Notes under the pieces: generated by a model
The model's input: the letters and a program-made list of their open reading frames with translations, nothing else
Databases searched by the model: none
Told to the model about the DNA's origin: nothing
Part shown: in pieces, positions 31,401 through 43,192 of the stretch
How positions within the stretch are numbered: position 1 is the first letter of the stretch
Layout of the letters: every line of letters begins with the position of its first letter
From: Verrucomicrobiota bacterium
GTDB lineage: Bacteria; Verrucomicrobiota; Verrucomicrobiia; Limisphaerales; CANJXF01
Direction: 5' to 3'
Assembly (NCBI GenBank): GCA_038214755.1
Contig: JBBQRQ010000020.1
Span: forward strand, 1-58,539
Length of the DNA: 58,539 nucleotides
Program-made: the position numbers and the translations under genes

Positions 31401-34400
31401 CCGTCCAGGTTTCTTTCTGATTCGGTTGGAGCTTTGAAGTGAAATGTTCCCATTTGATTTCCAGTTCCTTATTGCTCCACGGAACATCGACGTGGCGCGA
31501 AACCAAATACGCGCGGTTCTCGCGAACGTGCGTGACGTGCAACGTGAACCCACCGCGCATCGCTTCCGTGATCGCGAGGCGAATTGCTTCCTGCGTGCGG
31601 CCTGGCCTCGTCCAAAATCGTTGAATCATTTTTTGCCGATGCTCGATCTCGATGAAGGCGCGACCTTTGTCGTAGCCCGTTCCCCATAGCGCGAAAAATT
31701 CTTCGCCCGGTTCAAACGAATTGGTTTTCTGCGCGAGCAAATGTGGAATCTTGATCGCGAGTTTTGTCGCGTTCGGCTGCAAAACTTGCAGCGGCAATTT
31801 GCCCGTGACGCTTTTTCCGAATCGATCTTTCGTTTCCAAAATCGCGCGATACGTCCCGGCTTTGAGTTTGAACGACAGAGTCGTTTTCCCGGTTTTATCC
31901 GTCGCAAAACTTTTCTGCGCGACAACTTTTCCGAGCGGCCAATTGTTCGGGTTCGATAAATCAGCGCTCGCATTGTCAGAACCGTTGTCGTCATCGCCGT
32001 CGCTGCGATACAACTGATATTCCGGAACGATGGAGGGGCGCTGAACTTTCTCCGGCGCTTTCAATTCATAAATTTTCACGACGCCTTCGGCCAACTGCGG
32101 CTCACCGTCCAACGTTTGCGTCGTGACTTTTAAACTCACCGGCGCGGAATCGGTTTGCCATTCCTCCGCGCTTATCATCGCCTGCAATGCCGTGTAACCC
32201 ACTTTCACAACGCGTTGTTCTGATCGCGTTTCACCCGCGTTGTCCGTCACGTCCGCATAAATTTGATAAACAAAAGTTGGTTCATTTTTTTCCGGCACGG
32301 TCAAATCGGGTTTGGCGGTGAATTCAATTTTGAAGGAGCCATCGATTTCCGTTTTCAAATTTCCGTGCGCGATTTCCTGGCTCGAATTTCCACCGAAGCC
32401 ACCTCGACCACGCCAGCCATACCAGCCCCACCACCACGGCATCTGCACTTCGCGCACGATTCGATACTTCACCTGCGCTCCATCCACCGCCGCGCCGGTG
32501 TAAGCCATCGCGTGGCCGGTGAGAGAAACTTTTTCATTCAACTTCGCCGCCGTTTTTGGCGCGTCGAGTGTGACGTGAAATTTTGGACGCTTGTATTCTT
32601 CCACTCGAATCATCGCGCTTCCGAGCGGGCCATCCGCGCGGATTTGCATCTGCCCCATCAAACGATCTCGCGGGGCGGTGAAACTTCCGGCGAACGAACC
32701 GTAGTCGTTGCAACGCCGAGTCTGTTTCTCAATTTCCTTCCCGTTCGCGTCGAGAAAACGAACGGTGATTTCGCGCCCGCTGATGACTTCGTAATTGTCC
32801 TTCGCCTGATCGACGTGCAGCGCGATGCCCTTGTATTGAATCGTTTGCCCAGGACGATAAATCGCGCGGTCAGTGAAAAAAATTGTTTGGTCGCCCGGCT
32901 CGCCGCGATTCCAATATTGCCCGTAAGTTTCCTGCGCCGCGCCGACTTCATCATTTTGAAAACGCGCGCGAAAAATGTAACTGCGGTTTTGCTCCAGCGT
33001 GAATTGAAAGAAGCCGTTCTCATCCGTGTTCCACGCGGCGAGTTCCACCAGCGTTCCTTTTTGATAATCCTGAACCCAGCCGCCGACCTGCGCGCCTTTG
33101 AGCGGCTCGCCGGAATTGGCGTGGAGGACAAAGCCTTCGAGAAATTTTTCGCGCGTGCGCAAGACAAACGCCAGCTCGCTCACCCAGATTGGCGCGAGGG
33201 AAAGTTGATTGCCGGCCTCCGCAAAATCGGCGCGATGACTGGCGATGATGAAATAAAAGCCGCGCGGCAAATTTTGTGGCGCGGGAATTTCCTCGGTCCG
33301 TTCCTTGAAATCGGTCGTCGCTGGAAGTTTCTGCGACCATTCGAGCGCGGGCTTTTTTGTCAGCGCGATTTTGCGATCTTCGTCGTCGAGATAATCGGGA
33401 ATGCGCCGACGTTTTTGCACGAGGGTTTCCCAATCCATTTTCACGGCGCGGAAGAAAACTTCGCCGACATTTTTGTAGCGCACTTCGATTTTCGGAAACG
33501 GCGCGTTCCAAATCCGTTCGGTCACGATGCTGGCGGATTTGCTTTCGATTTCTTCGATCAAACTGCGGCAAAGTTTTGCGCCGTTGCTTTTCGGAAAATC
33601 TTTTTCAGTGCGCTCGGCGATGGCATGGGCCTCCGTCAATTTTCCTTCGTCACGCAACGTGGCCGCGTAGTGATACCAAGCGAGAGCGGCGAGTTCGTGC
33701 GTGTTCCATTTCTCGGCGATGTCGCGAACCGACTTTTTGAAACGGGAACCTTTTTCTTCGCCGAACGCGATGTTCTTTCCGTAAACCAATCGCGCGATGT
33801 CAGCATCGATAAAGGCCGACTTGTCTTTGTCGTTCTGATGAAATTTTAAAAGCTGTTGGAAAAGTCGAATGGCTTTCGCGGCAGGCGCGTCGTCGTAGCC
33901 GCCGACGTGAGGAGGCGGGGTTTTAGAATCAATCGCAGGGCCGACCGCCTCCTCACGTCGGCGGCTACGAATTTCCCACGCGATAAATTTCTCGGCGGAA
34001 TCGAAGATCGGACTTTCGGAGGAAACTTCAAAAGCATCCTGCGGCTTGGCGGCAGCCTGCTCGCCGGAAAGGTAGAACTGCAACGCCTCGTGCGCGATGA
34101 AATCGTAAAGCGTCGGGCGATACGAGTCCGGTAACGTCCCTCGTTCCAGCAGATCGTTGAAATCAGAAACCGGCGTCGCTTTTAAAATTTTCTCAAAGGC
34201 GAGAGCGTTGGAAAATTGTTTGTCGATTTCGGCGAACAGCCTCGGCAAGTCCCACGTTGTGAAATCTTTTCCGGGCGCTTCGGCGGTGGCGGCGCGCTGC
34301 ATAAAGCGCCAGCGGTTCTGTTGGAAATATTGCCAATACCAGTGCGCGAGAATGGTCTGAAGAAGAGGTTTGATTTCGACGGGCGCGGCCTGAATTTCTT

Positions 34401-34668
34401 TTTCCAGCCGTGTGATTTTTTCTTCTGGCTTGTTTCCCTGAATAGTTCCTTCGAGCACAATTTTGCGCGCGATGGCTTTGGCCGCTTCGCCGTATTTTTT
34501 CTCAGCGAGAGAATTTTTGATGATGGGTTCAAGCGCTTCGATGGCGGTTTTGGGCAAACCTTTTTGGACGGCGTCCTCGACGCGGTGCCAATCCGCGTCG
34601 CGCGATGCGGCCTGAATAAAATCACCGGCGAAAAATAGAAACACCGCGCTGATCAGAAAAAATTTCAT
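28471..34668 (-). CDS. Bacterial alpha-2-macroglobulin family protein
   Basis: FTDRAIYRPG, VEEYKRPKF, RKNLNETAFF, PRFLREGD, thioester motif PYECSEQ, MYAPEF; signal peptide from 34668 (34695 also possible). Confidence 0.93.
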   Translation of the reverse strand: MKFFLISAVFLFFAGDFIQAASRDADWHRVEDAVQKGLPKTAIEALEPIIKNSLAEKKYGEAAKAIARKIVLEGTIQGNKPEEKITRLEKEIQAAPVEIKPLLQTILAHWYWQYFQQNRWRFMQRAATAEAPGKDFTTWDLPRLFAEIDKQFSNALAFEKILKATPVSDFNDLLERGTLPDSYRPTLYDFIAHEALQFYLSGEQAAAKPQDAFEVSSESPIFDSAEKFIAWEIRSRRREEAVGPAIDSKTPPPHVGGYDDAPAAKAIRLFQQLLKFHQNDKDKSAFIDADIARLVYGKNIAFGEEKGSRFKKSVRDIAEKWNTHELAALAWYHYAATLRDEGKLTEAHAIAERTEKDFPKSNGAKLCRSLIEEIESKSASIVTERIWNAPFPKIEVRYKNVGEVFFRAVKMDWETLVQKRRRIPDYLDDEDRKIALTKKPALEWSQKLPATTDFKERTEEIPAPQNLPRGFYFIIASHRADFAEAGNQLSLAPIWVSELAFVLRTREKFLEGFVLHANSGEPLKGAQVGGWVQDYQKGTLVELAAWNTDENGFFQFTLEQNRSYIFRARFQNDEVGAAQETYGQYWNRGEPGDQTIFFTDRAIYRPGQTIQYKGIALHVDQAKDNYEVISGREITVRFLDANGKEIEKQTRRCNDYGSFAGSFTAPRDRLMGQMQIRADGPLGSAMIRVEEYKRPKFHVTLDAPKTAAKLNEKVSLTGHAMAYTGAAVDGAQVKYRIVREVQMPWWWGWYGWRGRGGFGGNSSQEIAHGNLKTEIDGSFKIEFTAKPDLTVPEKNEPTFVYQIYADVTDNAGETRSEQRVVKVGYTALQAMISAEEWQTDSAPVSLKVTTQTLDGEPQLAEGVVKIYELKAPEKVQRPSIVPEYQLYRSDGDDDNGSDNASADLSNPNNWPLGKVVAQKSFATDKTGKTTLSFKLKAGTYRAILETKDRFGKSVTGKLPLQVLQPNATKLAIKIPHLLAQKTNSFEPGEEFFALWGTGYDKGRAFIEIEHRQKMIQRFWTRPGRTQEAIRLAITEAMRGGFTLHVTHVRENRAYLVSRHVDVPWSNKELEIKWEHFTSKLQPNQKETWTAVISNVLPTFSRQKKAGTAERMSAAQKNGTADRMSAAQLAVAEMVATLYDESLDAFAPHHWMERLNIFRQDYSSAQPMFQNMARGFNPYWSDWNSRSGGPTMTYRHFPYDLTQNLWGYGYPSRSLSGMGERLERSRGISARGGTAPMEDALALNAAAPAAMGVVNEMKSEFAKEKFDDFSATAKTPAPSNREPGPDLSKVTARKNLNETAFFFPQLTSDSNGVVRMTFTMPEALTQWKFMGFAHDKNVRSGFIEGKTVTAKDLMVQPNPPRFLREGDVVEFTVKVSNQSDATQKGKVRLTFEDVMSNPNRLHENGANAMAERLGISQPEQSFDIPAKESRSFSWRIKVPEGLSMLSYKAVAATDKVSDGEEGIFPVLSRRIFVTESMTLPIRGPVEKNFKFTKLLESANSDTLRHQNLTVQMVSNPSWYAVLALPYLMEFPYECSEQTFNRFYANSLARYIAKSDPKIHRVFEQWRGTPALDSPLEKNQDLKSVILEESPWVQQAQDESQARRNVGILFEDNRLDYEIAKNFEKLSQMQNNDGAWPWFPGGPGNDYITLYITTGFGRLRHLGLDVKTEPAIRSLNRLDNWIDETYREILRHGNKEQNHLSPTIALYLYGRSFFLKDKSFSAKQREAVDYFLGQAREFWLKLDNRQSQGHLAIALNRFDDQKTARAIMASMKERSVSDEELGMFWRDLELSWWWFRAPIETQALMIEAFDEVMNDAAAVEDCKVWLLKQKQTQDWKTTKATADAVYALLLRGAKNLASDALVEVSLGGQKIQPEKVEAGTGFYEKKFSAGEIKPTLGEITVKKIDTGVAWGSVHWQYLEDMTKVTPHEGTPLKLKKTLFKKTNTNRGPVLETLKGGLNVGDELVVRVELRTDRDMEYVHLKDQRGSGVEPVNVLSQYKYQDGLGYYESTRDTASHFFIDYLPKGIYVFEYSTRVQLRGEYQTGIAEIQCMYAPEFNSHSESFKLIVK
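31290..31386. repeat. Three-unit REP cluster in frame in alpha-2-macroglobulin
   Basis: GTGCTGCCGACATTCTGTCGGCAG, a degenerate direct copy, and inverted CTGCCGACTGAAAGTCGGCAGCAC. Confidence 0.85.
33893..33970. repeat. GTAG-type REP doublet in frame in alpha-2-macroglobulin
   Basis: Perfect 26-bp inverted repeats TCGTAGCCGCCGACGTGAGGAGGCGG; 78 bp = 26 codons. Confidence 0.92.
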
Positions 34669-34777
34669 AAATGCCCGTCGAAGATCTTCGTTCATGTTGA
34701 AGTTAGACGGGATTGGCGTCAACGTGCTCCAAAAAAAAGAGTTTCATAAAAGTAATCACGAGGAGGAGAAAGGTCAT

Positions 34778-34904
34778 TTGGAGTGCGACGGCATGGATGC
34801 CGCTTTTCTTTCACGCCTCCTGAGGGTGGAGAACTTTCCCGTTTGCTGAACACTTCGGCTCTTTCACCGTGCAGCCAAAGCGGGGACATGTCCCCGCAGT
34901 CCAA
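34778..34904. repeat. TTGGA(C/G)TGCG REP doublet, reverse orientation
   Basis: Right arm is the reverse complement of the 18554 left arm. Confidence 0.88.
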
Positions 34905-34936
34905 ATGTGCGCAAAGATCAAAATAGGAAAAGGGAC

Positions 34937-34964
34937 TTGCAATTGGATTGCCTTGCCTTAATTT
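34937..34964 (+). promoter_or_regulatory. Possible sigma70 promoter of tRNA-Gly
   Basis: TTGCAA-N16-TAATTT, 16 nt before the tRNA. Confidence 0.45.
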
Positions 34965-34980
34965 TTTGCCGCTTTCGGAT

Positions 34981-35057
34981 GCGAGTGTAGCTCAGCCTGG
35001 TAGAGCATCACCTTGCCAAGGTGAACGTCGAGGGTTCGAATCCCTTCGCTCGCTCCA
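34981..35057 (+). tRNA. tRNA-Gly(GCC)
   Basis: Cloverleaf GCGAGTG/CGCTCGC, TCACC-TT-GCC-AA-GGTGA, GTTCGAATC, CCA. Confidence 0.97.
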
Positions 35058-35385
35058 TTTTTCCTTCCCGCGACTCGCAGCGTCAAACCCGGAGCAACCC
35101 GCCATTTGCAGGTTGTTTTCACTTCTCATACAAAACGCTTCGATTGGCGTCGAAGCGAAGTTTCGGAAGAAATTAAGCGCAACACTTAAAAAAATCGGTT
35201 CCTCGAAAAATGTGTCGTCCCTTACGCAACACACCCGAACAAGTATCCTCAGAGGGAGAAAAGGTTTAGTGCCCTGGTGGTTTTGTTTTCTTGCCGCGTT
35301 CAAACAATTCCTTAGAGTCGGACAACGCTTCGCCCAAGCACCCCGCTCCTTGACTCAAAACGGAAAAAACGTTTCTGTTCAACCC

Positions 35386-35859
35386 ATGAACAAATTTATT
35401 TTCAGAAGGCTCGGAAGTTTTTTGGCTTTGACCGGAGCGTTGTTTCTCGTCGCTTCATGCAAACCGAAAGAACAAACTGACAACACGTCCCCCGCGTCTC
35501 CCCCGGTGATAAGCGCTACCGCTACCAATGAAGCCGCGACCAATGAAGCCGTGACAAATGCGTCGCCGGTTGACCCTTCGGCAATTTCTCCCGAGGAGGC
35601 GCGCAATCACGTGGGCCAAATGGCCACGGTGAGAGGAAAAGTGGATCGAGTTCACGTCAGCCAAAAAGGCGATGTCTTTATCGACATGGGCGGAAAACAT
35701 CCCAACGCCGCGTTCACGGCGGTTTGTTTTAAACAAGCAATTCCCACGGAGCAATTGGAACGACTCAGCGGTAAAATCATTTCCGTCAAAGGAAAAATAA
35801 GAGAATACAACGGCAAGGTGGAAATTATTTTGGAAAAACCGGAGCAAATTGTGCAGTGA
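35386..35859 (+). CDS. Lipoprotein with an OB-fold-like domain
   Basis: Lipobox VASC, P/T/A-rich linker, VGQMATVRGKV ... VKGKIREYNGKVEI. Confidence 0.75.
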   Translation: MNKFIFRRLGSFLALTGALFLVASCKPKEQTDNTSPASPPVISATATNEAATNEAVTNASPVDPSAISPEEARNHVGQMATVRGKVDRVHVSQKGDVFIDMGGKHPNAAFTAVCFKQAIPTEQLERLSGKIISVKGKIREYNGKVEIILEKPEQIVQ

Positions 35860-35883
35860 GAGTTTTCCAAGCGGATCGAACGG

Positions 35884-36051
35884 GAAATCCGAAATCCGAA
35901 TCCCCGAACTCCGAAAGAAGTCCGAAATCCGAATACCAAAATGCCTTTATGCGCCGTCAGAAAAGTGCTTGCCGCTCCTACAGCCCCGCACCGCTTTCCT
36001 CCTTCGTGCTTCGGATTTCTTTCGGATTTCGGATTTCGGAATTCGGATTTC
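35884..36051. repeat. Heptamer-period (AAATCCG) inverted-repeat element between convergent genes
   Basis: GAAATCCGAAATCCG... and ...CGGATTTCGGATTTCGGAATTCGGATTTC arms. Confidence 0.9.
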
Positions 36052-36126
36052 TGGTTGCAACGACGTTTGCCACACTGGAAAAAATGCCGCGACGATCAGG
36101 GGATTATTTTGACTGCTTAAATTTTT

Positions 36127-38769
36127 TCATCCCGGGGTCTCCAGTTGAGCGCCGTTTTCCCCTTCTGCTGTTTCTTCGCTGATGACCGGGGCAATCGCCT
36201 GTAATTTATCCTTCTCGTCGAGGTTGATGAGTTTCACGCCTTGCGTATTGCGGCCCACTTCGCGAAGGCCGCGAACGCTGATCCGCACCATCTGGCCGCC
36301 CACCGTGATCAACATGATTTCGTCATCGTCCTTCACCGTGAGCGCGCCGACCACGTTGCCAGTTTTCTCGTTGGTCTTCATGGTGATGATGCCTTTGCCG
36401 CCGCGAGATTGAACGCGGTATTCATCAAAGTTTGTGCGCTTGCCGATGCCGTTTTCGCCCGCGACCAACAACGTGGCGTCAGGAACAACGACGGCCAATG
36501 CGACGACCGCATCCGTTTTGTCCAACCGGATTCCCCGGACCCCGACCGCCGCGCGGCCCATCGAACGAACGTCTTCTTCGTTGAAGCGGATGCTCTGTCC
36601 TTCGCGCGTAATCATCACGACTTCGTTGTGGCCGGTGGTGAGTTCGACACCAATCAGAACATCGCCGGGATCAATTCCGATGGCGATAATTCCGCCTTTG
36701 CGCATGTTGGAAAATTCGGACAGCGGGGTTTTTTTCACCGTGCCTTGTTGCGTTGCAAAAAATAAAAATTCCTCGGTGAGCCAGGTGGTGTCTTCTTTAT
36801 TCGCGCCGGTTTTTGAAATCACACGAATGAGCGCGGCGACTTTTTCTCCCGCTTTCAATTCCAACAGATTCGCAATGCTGCGGCCTTTCGAGGCGCGGCC
36901 CATGTCAGGAATCTCGTGAACGCGCTCGACATAGACGCGTCCGCTGTTGGTGAAGAACATCAAATAGTCGTGCGTGCTCGCCGTGAAAAGATGTTCGATA
37001 AAATCGTTTTCCTCCTCGGTGGAACCTTCGCGCGTCGTCATGCCAATGACTCCTTTGCCGCCGCGGCGTTGCGCGCGATACGAACTGACATTGGTGCGCT
37101 TAATCAGTCCGCTGTGAGTGAGCGTGATGATAACGCCTTCATTCGCGATCAAATCTTCGATGGCGATTTCGCCCTCGTCAGGCACGAGATCGGTCATGCG
37201 CGGCGTCGCATATTTTTCTTTGATTTCGAGCAACTCGGTTTTGATGATCGTCATCACGCGCAACTCTTTGGAAAGGATGTCGAGGAGGTCTTTAATTTTT
37301 TCGAGCAGTTCGGTGTATTCGGCTTTGACTTTGTCCATTTCCAAACCGGTGAGTTGATACAAACGCAATTCCAAAATCGCGATGGTCTGCGCGTCGCTAA
37401 AAGAATAGCGGCCGTTGGTCAAACGCGCTTCGCTGCGAATCAAAACTCCGAACGTCTCGACCTGCGCGCGGCTGAATTCAAACGCGAGCAATTTAATTTT
37501 CGCCTCCTCGCGGTTGGACGAACTGCGAATGATACGGATGAATTCATCGAGATTGGAAAGCGCGATCAAATAACCTTCGAGAGTCTCGGCGCGCTCTTCG
37601 GCTTTGCGAAGGTCAAAGCGGGTGCGGCGAATAACCACTTCGCGGCGGTGGTCGATGTAGCAACCGATCATCTCTTTGAGGTTGAGAATCTTCGGTTTGC
37701 CGTGGTCGATGGCGAGGGAGTTGACGCTGAAACTGCTTTCGAGTTGCGTGAACTGATAAAGATTGTTGATGACAACTTTTGGAATCGCGTCGCGTTTTAA
37801 CTCGACCACGACTCGAGTGTTTTCGTCCGATTGATCGCCCACGTAACTGATGTCGCCGATGACTTTTTCATTTACCAGTTCTGCGATGCGCTCGACGAGT
37901 GTGGCGCGATTGACGTTGTAAGGAATTTCGGTGATCACGAGTTGCTCGCGCCCACCCTTCAATTGTTCCACGCCGACTTTTCCGCGAACTTTCAAACTGC
38001 CACGGCCTGTTGCAAAATATTGTTTGATCGGCTCGACGCCACAGATCATGCAGCCGGTCGGAAAATCCGGCCCCTTCACATGCTTCATCAATTCGGGAAG
38101 AGTGATGGCTGGATTATCAATTTGTGCGCAAACGCCATCAACAATTTCGCCGAGATTATGCGGAGCCATGTTTGTGGCCATGCCGACGGCGATGCCCGTT
38201 CCGCCATTGACCAGTAGATTTGGAAATGCCGCCGGAAAAACGGTTGGCTCTTGATATTCTCCGTCGTAATTCGGAACAAAATTCACCGTGTCCCGATCCA
38301 TGTCGGTCATCAGCGCCGCGCCCAGATGACGAAGCCGCGCCTCGGTGTAACGCATCGACGCTGGAGGATCGCCCTCGACGGAACCGAAATTTCCCTGGCC
38401 TTCGATGAGCATCTCGCGCATCGCCCAGGGTTGCGCCATGTGGACGAGGGTCGGATAGATCGCCATGTCGCCGTGCGGATGATATTTGCCCATCGTCTCG
38501 CCCACGATTCGGGCGCACTTCAAAGTTTTGCGAGTGGGCATGACGCCGAGTTCATGCATCGCAAAAAGAATTCTGCGTTGCGAAGGTTTCAATCCATCGC
38601 GCGCATCGGGCAACGCGCGCGAAATAATCACCGACATCGAGTAGTCGAGAAACGAGTTCTTGATTTCGTCGGCGACATTTATTTTTTCCACCTTCTCGTT
38701 CGCGGCAAACAACGGCGTGTTGGAAATAGGCAAATCATCTTTGGGCAAATCGTTTTTATCGTCAGGCAT
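36127..38769 (-). CDS. gyrA: DNA gyrase subunit A
   Basis: RALPDARDGLKP, GKYHPHGD, catalytic MRYTE, GyrA-box QRRGGKG, pinwheel repeats. Confidence 0.97.
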   Translation of the reverse strand: MPDDKNDLPKDDLPISNTPLFAANEKVEKINVADEIKNSFLDYSMSVIISRALPDARDGLKPSQRRILFAMHELGVMPTRKTLKCARIVGETMGKYHPHGDMAIYPTLVHMAQPWAMREMLIEGQGNFGSVEGDPPASMRYTEARLRHLGAALMTDMDRDTVNFVPNYDGEYQEPTVFPAAFPNLLVNGGTGIAVGMATNMAPHNLGEIVDGVCAQIDNPAITLPELMKHVKGPDFPTGCMICGVEPIKQYFATGRGSLKVRGKVGVEQLKGGREQLVITEIPYNVNRATLVERIAELVNEKVIGDISYVGDQSDENTRVVVELKRDAIPKVVINNLYQFTQLESSFSVNSLAIDHGKPKILNLKEMIGCYIDHRREVVIRRTRFDLRKAEERAETLEGYLIALSNLDEFIRIIRSSSNREEAKIKLLAFEFSRAQVETFGVLIRSEARLTNGRYSFSDAQTIAILELRLYQLTGLEMDKVKAEYTELLEKIKDLLDILSKELRVMTIIKTELLEIKEKYATPRMTDLVPDEGEIAIEDLIANEGVIITLTHSGLIKRTNVSSYRAQRRGGKGVIGMTTREGSTEEENDFIEHLFTASTHDYLMFFTNSGRVYVERVHEIPDMGRASKGRSIANLLELKAGEKVAALIRVISKTGANKEDTTWLTEEFLFFATQQGTVKKTPLSEFSNMRKGGIIAIGIDPGDVLIGVELTTGHNEVVMITREGQSIRFNEEDVRSMGRAAVGVRGIRLDKTDAVVALAVVVPDATLLVAGENGIGKRTNFDEYRVQSRGGKGIITMKTNEKTGNVVGALTVKDDDEIMLITVGGQMVRISVRGLREVGRNTQGVKLINLDEKDKLQAIAPVISEETAEGENGAQLETPG

Positions 38770-38775
38770 TGCGGT

Positions 38776-39222
38776 TTATTGGTTAACAATTTCGGAAATA
38801 TTTTCCGGAAAACAAAGTAGTCCGACCCGTTGCGCTGCCGCTCGCATCCGCCCGTCCGTTGCGCACAACGCGCCGCGTGGATGCATCAGCGCAGTCGCGA
38901 CATGAATCGCATCGAGCGAACGCAAAGGCACTTCGGGATGACAACCGATAAGCAACCCGGAGGCGCGTTCGACAACGGAGAGATTCAGCGGATGGAGTCG
39001 CAATATTTTCTCGTCGCGCATCAATGCGAATTGGGCAAAAGCAGATTTCCGTTGCGCAACGGACATCTGCCTTGCCCGTTCCTTGGACAAAAGCGCCGAG
39101 GAAACCTCAGCGACCGACAGTTCGGAAGACCACAGCTCGTGTCCCTCCACACCCCTATTGAACCACGCTGAATCCGGCTCCCGGACAAGCAGTTTTACGA
39201 TGATAGCGCTATCGAGATACAT
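38776..39222 (-). CDS. vapC: VapC-family PIN toxin
   Basis: MYLDSA, E in helix 2, LRSLDAIHVATA, TDGR. Confidence 0.9.
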   Translation of the reverse strand: MYLDSAIIVKLLVREPDSAWFNRGVEGHELWSSELSVAEVSSALLSKERARQMSVAQRKSAFAQFALMRDEKILRLHPLNLSVVERASGLLIGCHPEVPLRSLDAIHVATALMHPRGALCATDGRMRAAAQRVGLLCFPENISEIVNQ

Positions 39223-39224
39223 CG

Positions 39225-39548
39225 TTAAGGTCGGGAATCCCGTTCTGCCCGAATGATCTCGTCCGCCGATACGCCGCGGCCAATCCGCTGCTTCAACAAG
39301 TAATCCCCCATGCCGCGGAAAACTTTTTCGGATCGCGATGACATGGGACTCACCAACCGGGCTTTTGGTTTGCCGTCGCTCGTGATGGTAATCTCTCGTC
39401 CGCCCGCCACCAAATCGAGCAAGGCAGAAAGATGAGCCTTGGCCGAGCGCACGCTGATGACCTCGCCAATATCCGACATCACCGCGACTTCTCGAAGCAC
39501 GGCAGGCTCTTCTTTAGCAGCGGAGTATTTAATTGTTTTCTTCTTCAT
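39225..39548 (-). CDS. Phd/YefM-family antitoxin
   Basis: SVRSAKAHLSALLDLV..G.EITIT.DGKPKARL; directly upstream of the PIN gene. Confidence 0.9.
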   Translation of the reverse strand: MKKKTIKYSAAKEEPAVLREVAVMSDIGEVISVRSAKAHLSALLDLVAGGREITITSDGKPKARLVSPMSSRSEKVFRGMGDYLLKQRIGRGVSADEIIRAERDSRP

Positions 39549-39553
39549 GGCGG

Positions 39554-39583
39554 CAATGTAGTCACACGTGACTACATTGTCAA
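39554..39583 (-). promoter_or_regulatory. Sigma70 promoter overlapped by a palindromic operator
   Basis: TTGACA-N17-TACATT-N6-ATG; 12-bp inverted repeat CAATGTAGTCAC-AC-GTGACTACATTG at 39554-39579. Confidence 0.85.
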
Positions 39584-39879
39584 GACTCTTTTTTTACTGG
39601 GCGGTCATTCAAGACCAGTGCGCTTTCTTTTTCCTGTTTTTGTAATTCAGCAATTTTCTGGTTGAGGCGTTCGAGATTTTCCAAGGCGGCGTGTTCGTAT
39701 TTTTCCGTTTCATTCGGCCTCAGACATTTGACCTGCCCGTTTTCCGAAATGACGTATTCGGTATTGAATTGACGCGCGCGGCGGATGGCGTCGATGGCGG
39801 CTTTTTGGAGGGCGCGTTCGACCTGCCAATCTTCCAGTTCCATCGTGTCGTCATCCAAAATTTCGTAGGATCGTTTCAT
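39580..39879 (-). CDS. Small helical protein, putative partner of the zeta-like ATPase
   Basis: ATGA overlap with the upstream ATPase; V..ENGQV motif. Confidence 0.7.
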   Translation of the reverse strand: MKRSYEILDDDTMELEDWQVERALQKAAIDAIRRARQFNTEYVISENGQVKCLRPNETEKYEHAALENLERLNQKIAELQKQEKESALVLNDRPVKKES

Positions 39880-40453
39880 AGAATTATTTCTGATTCTTTC
39901 AAAATAGCATTGAAGCGCGCTTCATCTCGCAATGCCAATCTTCCGTTCTTTTCCACTGCGATTAAGCGGCGCCTGTTCGCCTCATTCTCAATCAACTTCC
40001 AGCTATCAAACAACTGGCGGTAAATGCCGAAAAAATTCTGAATCGTTTTAAAAAATCTTCGCCGCGCCACGTCCGCCGGAATGTCATGCCCGCCTTCCAA
40101 CACGCGTTGTCGAATTCTTTGCAGCGTCACTTCCACATCGCGCACCCAAAGAAAATAAGCCTTGATCGTGTAACCATTTTCCCTGGCGACCGTGAGCCAG
40201 ACCGCCGCGCTGCGCCCGCTCAAGGTTGTTTCCCACGTAAAAGATTTTCGCTCGCGCAATAATTCTTTGATGCGCAACAACGCGATCCGTCCCGCCTCCA
40301 GCGAGACCGAATCAGGATCAAAGGGCGACAATCCTCTCGCGATCAAATCCGCATTCACAAATTCCAACTGCTGGATTTCCTCCGGCAAATAGCGGTTGGC
40401 GAAAGTTGTTTTGCCGACCCCATTCGGCCCCGCGATGACGTGGAGCGCCGGCA

Positions 40454-40454
<1 letters not shown>
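39876..40454 (-). CDS. Zeta-toxin-like P-loop kinase/ATPase (COG4185-like)
   Basis: AGPNGVGKTT, FVNADLIA, ETTLSG, RVLEGGHDIP; TGATG overlap with gyrB stop. Confidence 0.85.
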
Positions 40455-43090
<2,636 letters not shown>

Positions 43091-43192
43091 TCAGGTAAAT
43101 TCGAGCGGAAACCACCATTAGTTGTGTCTCGGATCCAACCCAAACACGACTAATTGCGGCCAATGAATTATCGGGACAAAGAAAATATCCGG

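Noticed and set aside
32263..33849. 528-aa plus-strand ORF and similar long antisense ORFs (8658-9545, 16499-17443, 36916-37800, 41165-42121)
   Set aside because: Shadow frames opposite well-supported genes, with no recognisable motifs.
34948..35385. N-terminal extension of the OB-fold lipoprotein ORF
   Set aside because: Overlaps tRNA-Gly; the signal peptide begins at ATG 35386.
35058..35385. Integrated element at tRNA-Gly
   Set aside because: No integrase and no duplicated tRNA 3' end found in the window.
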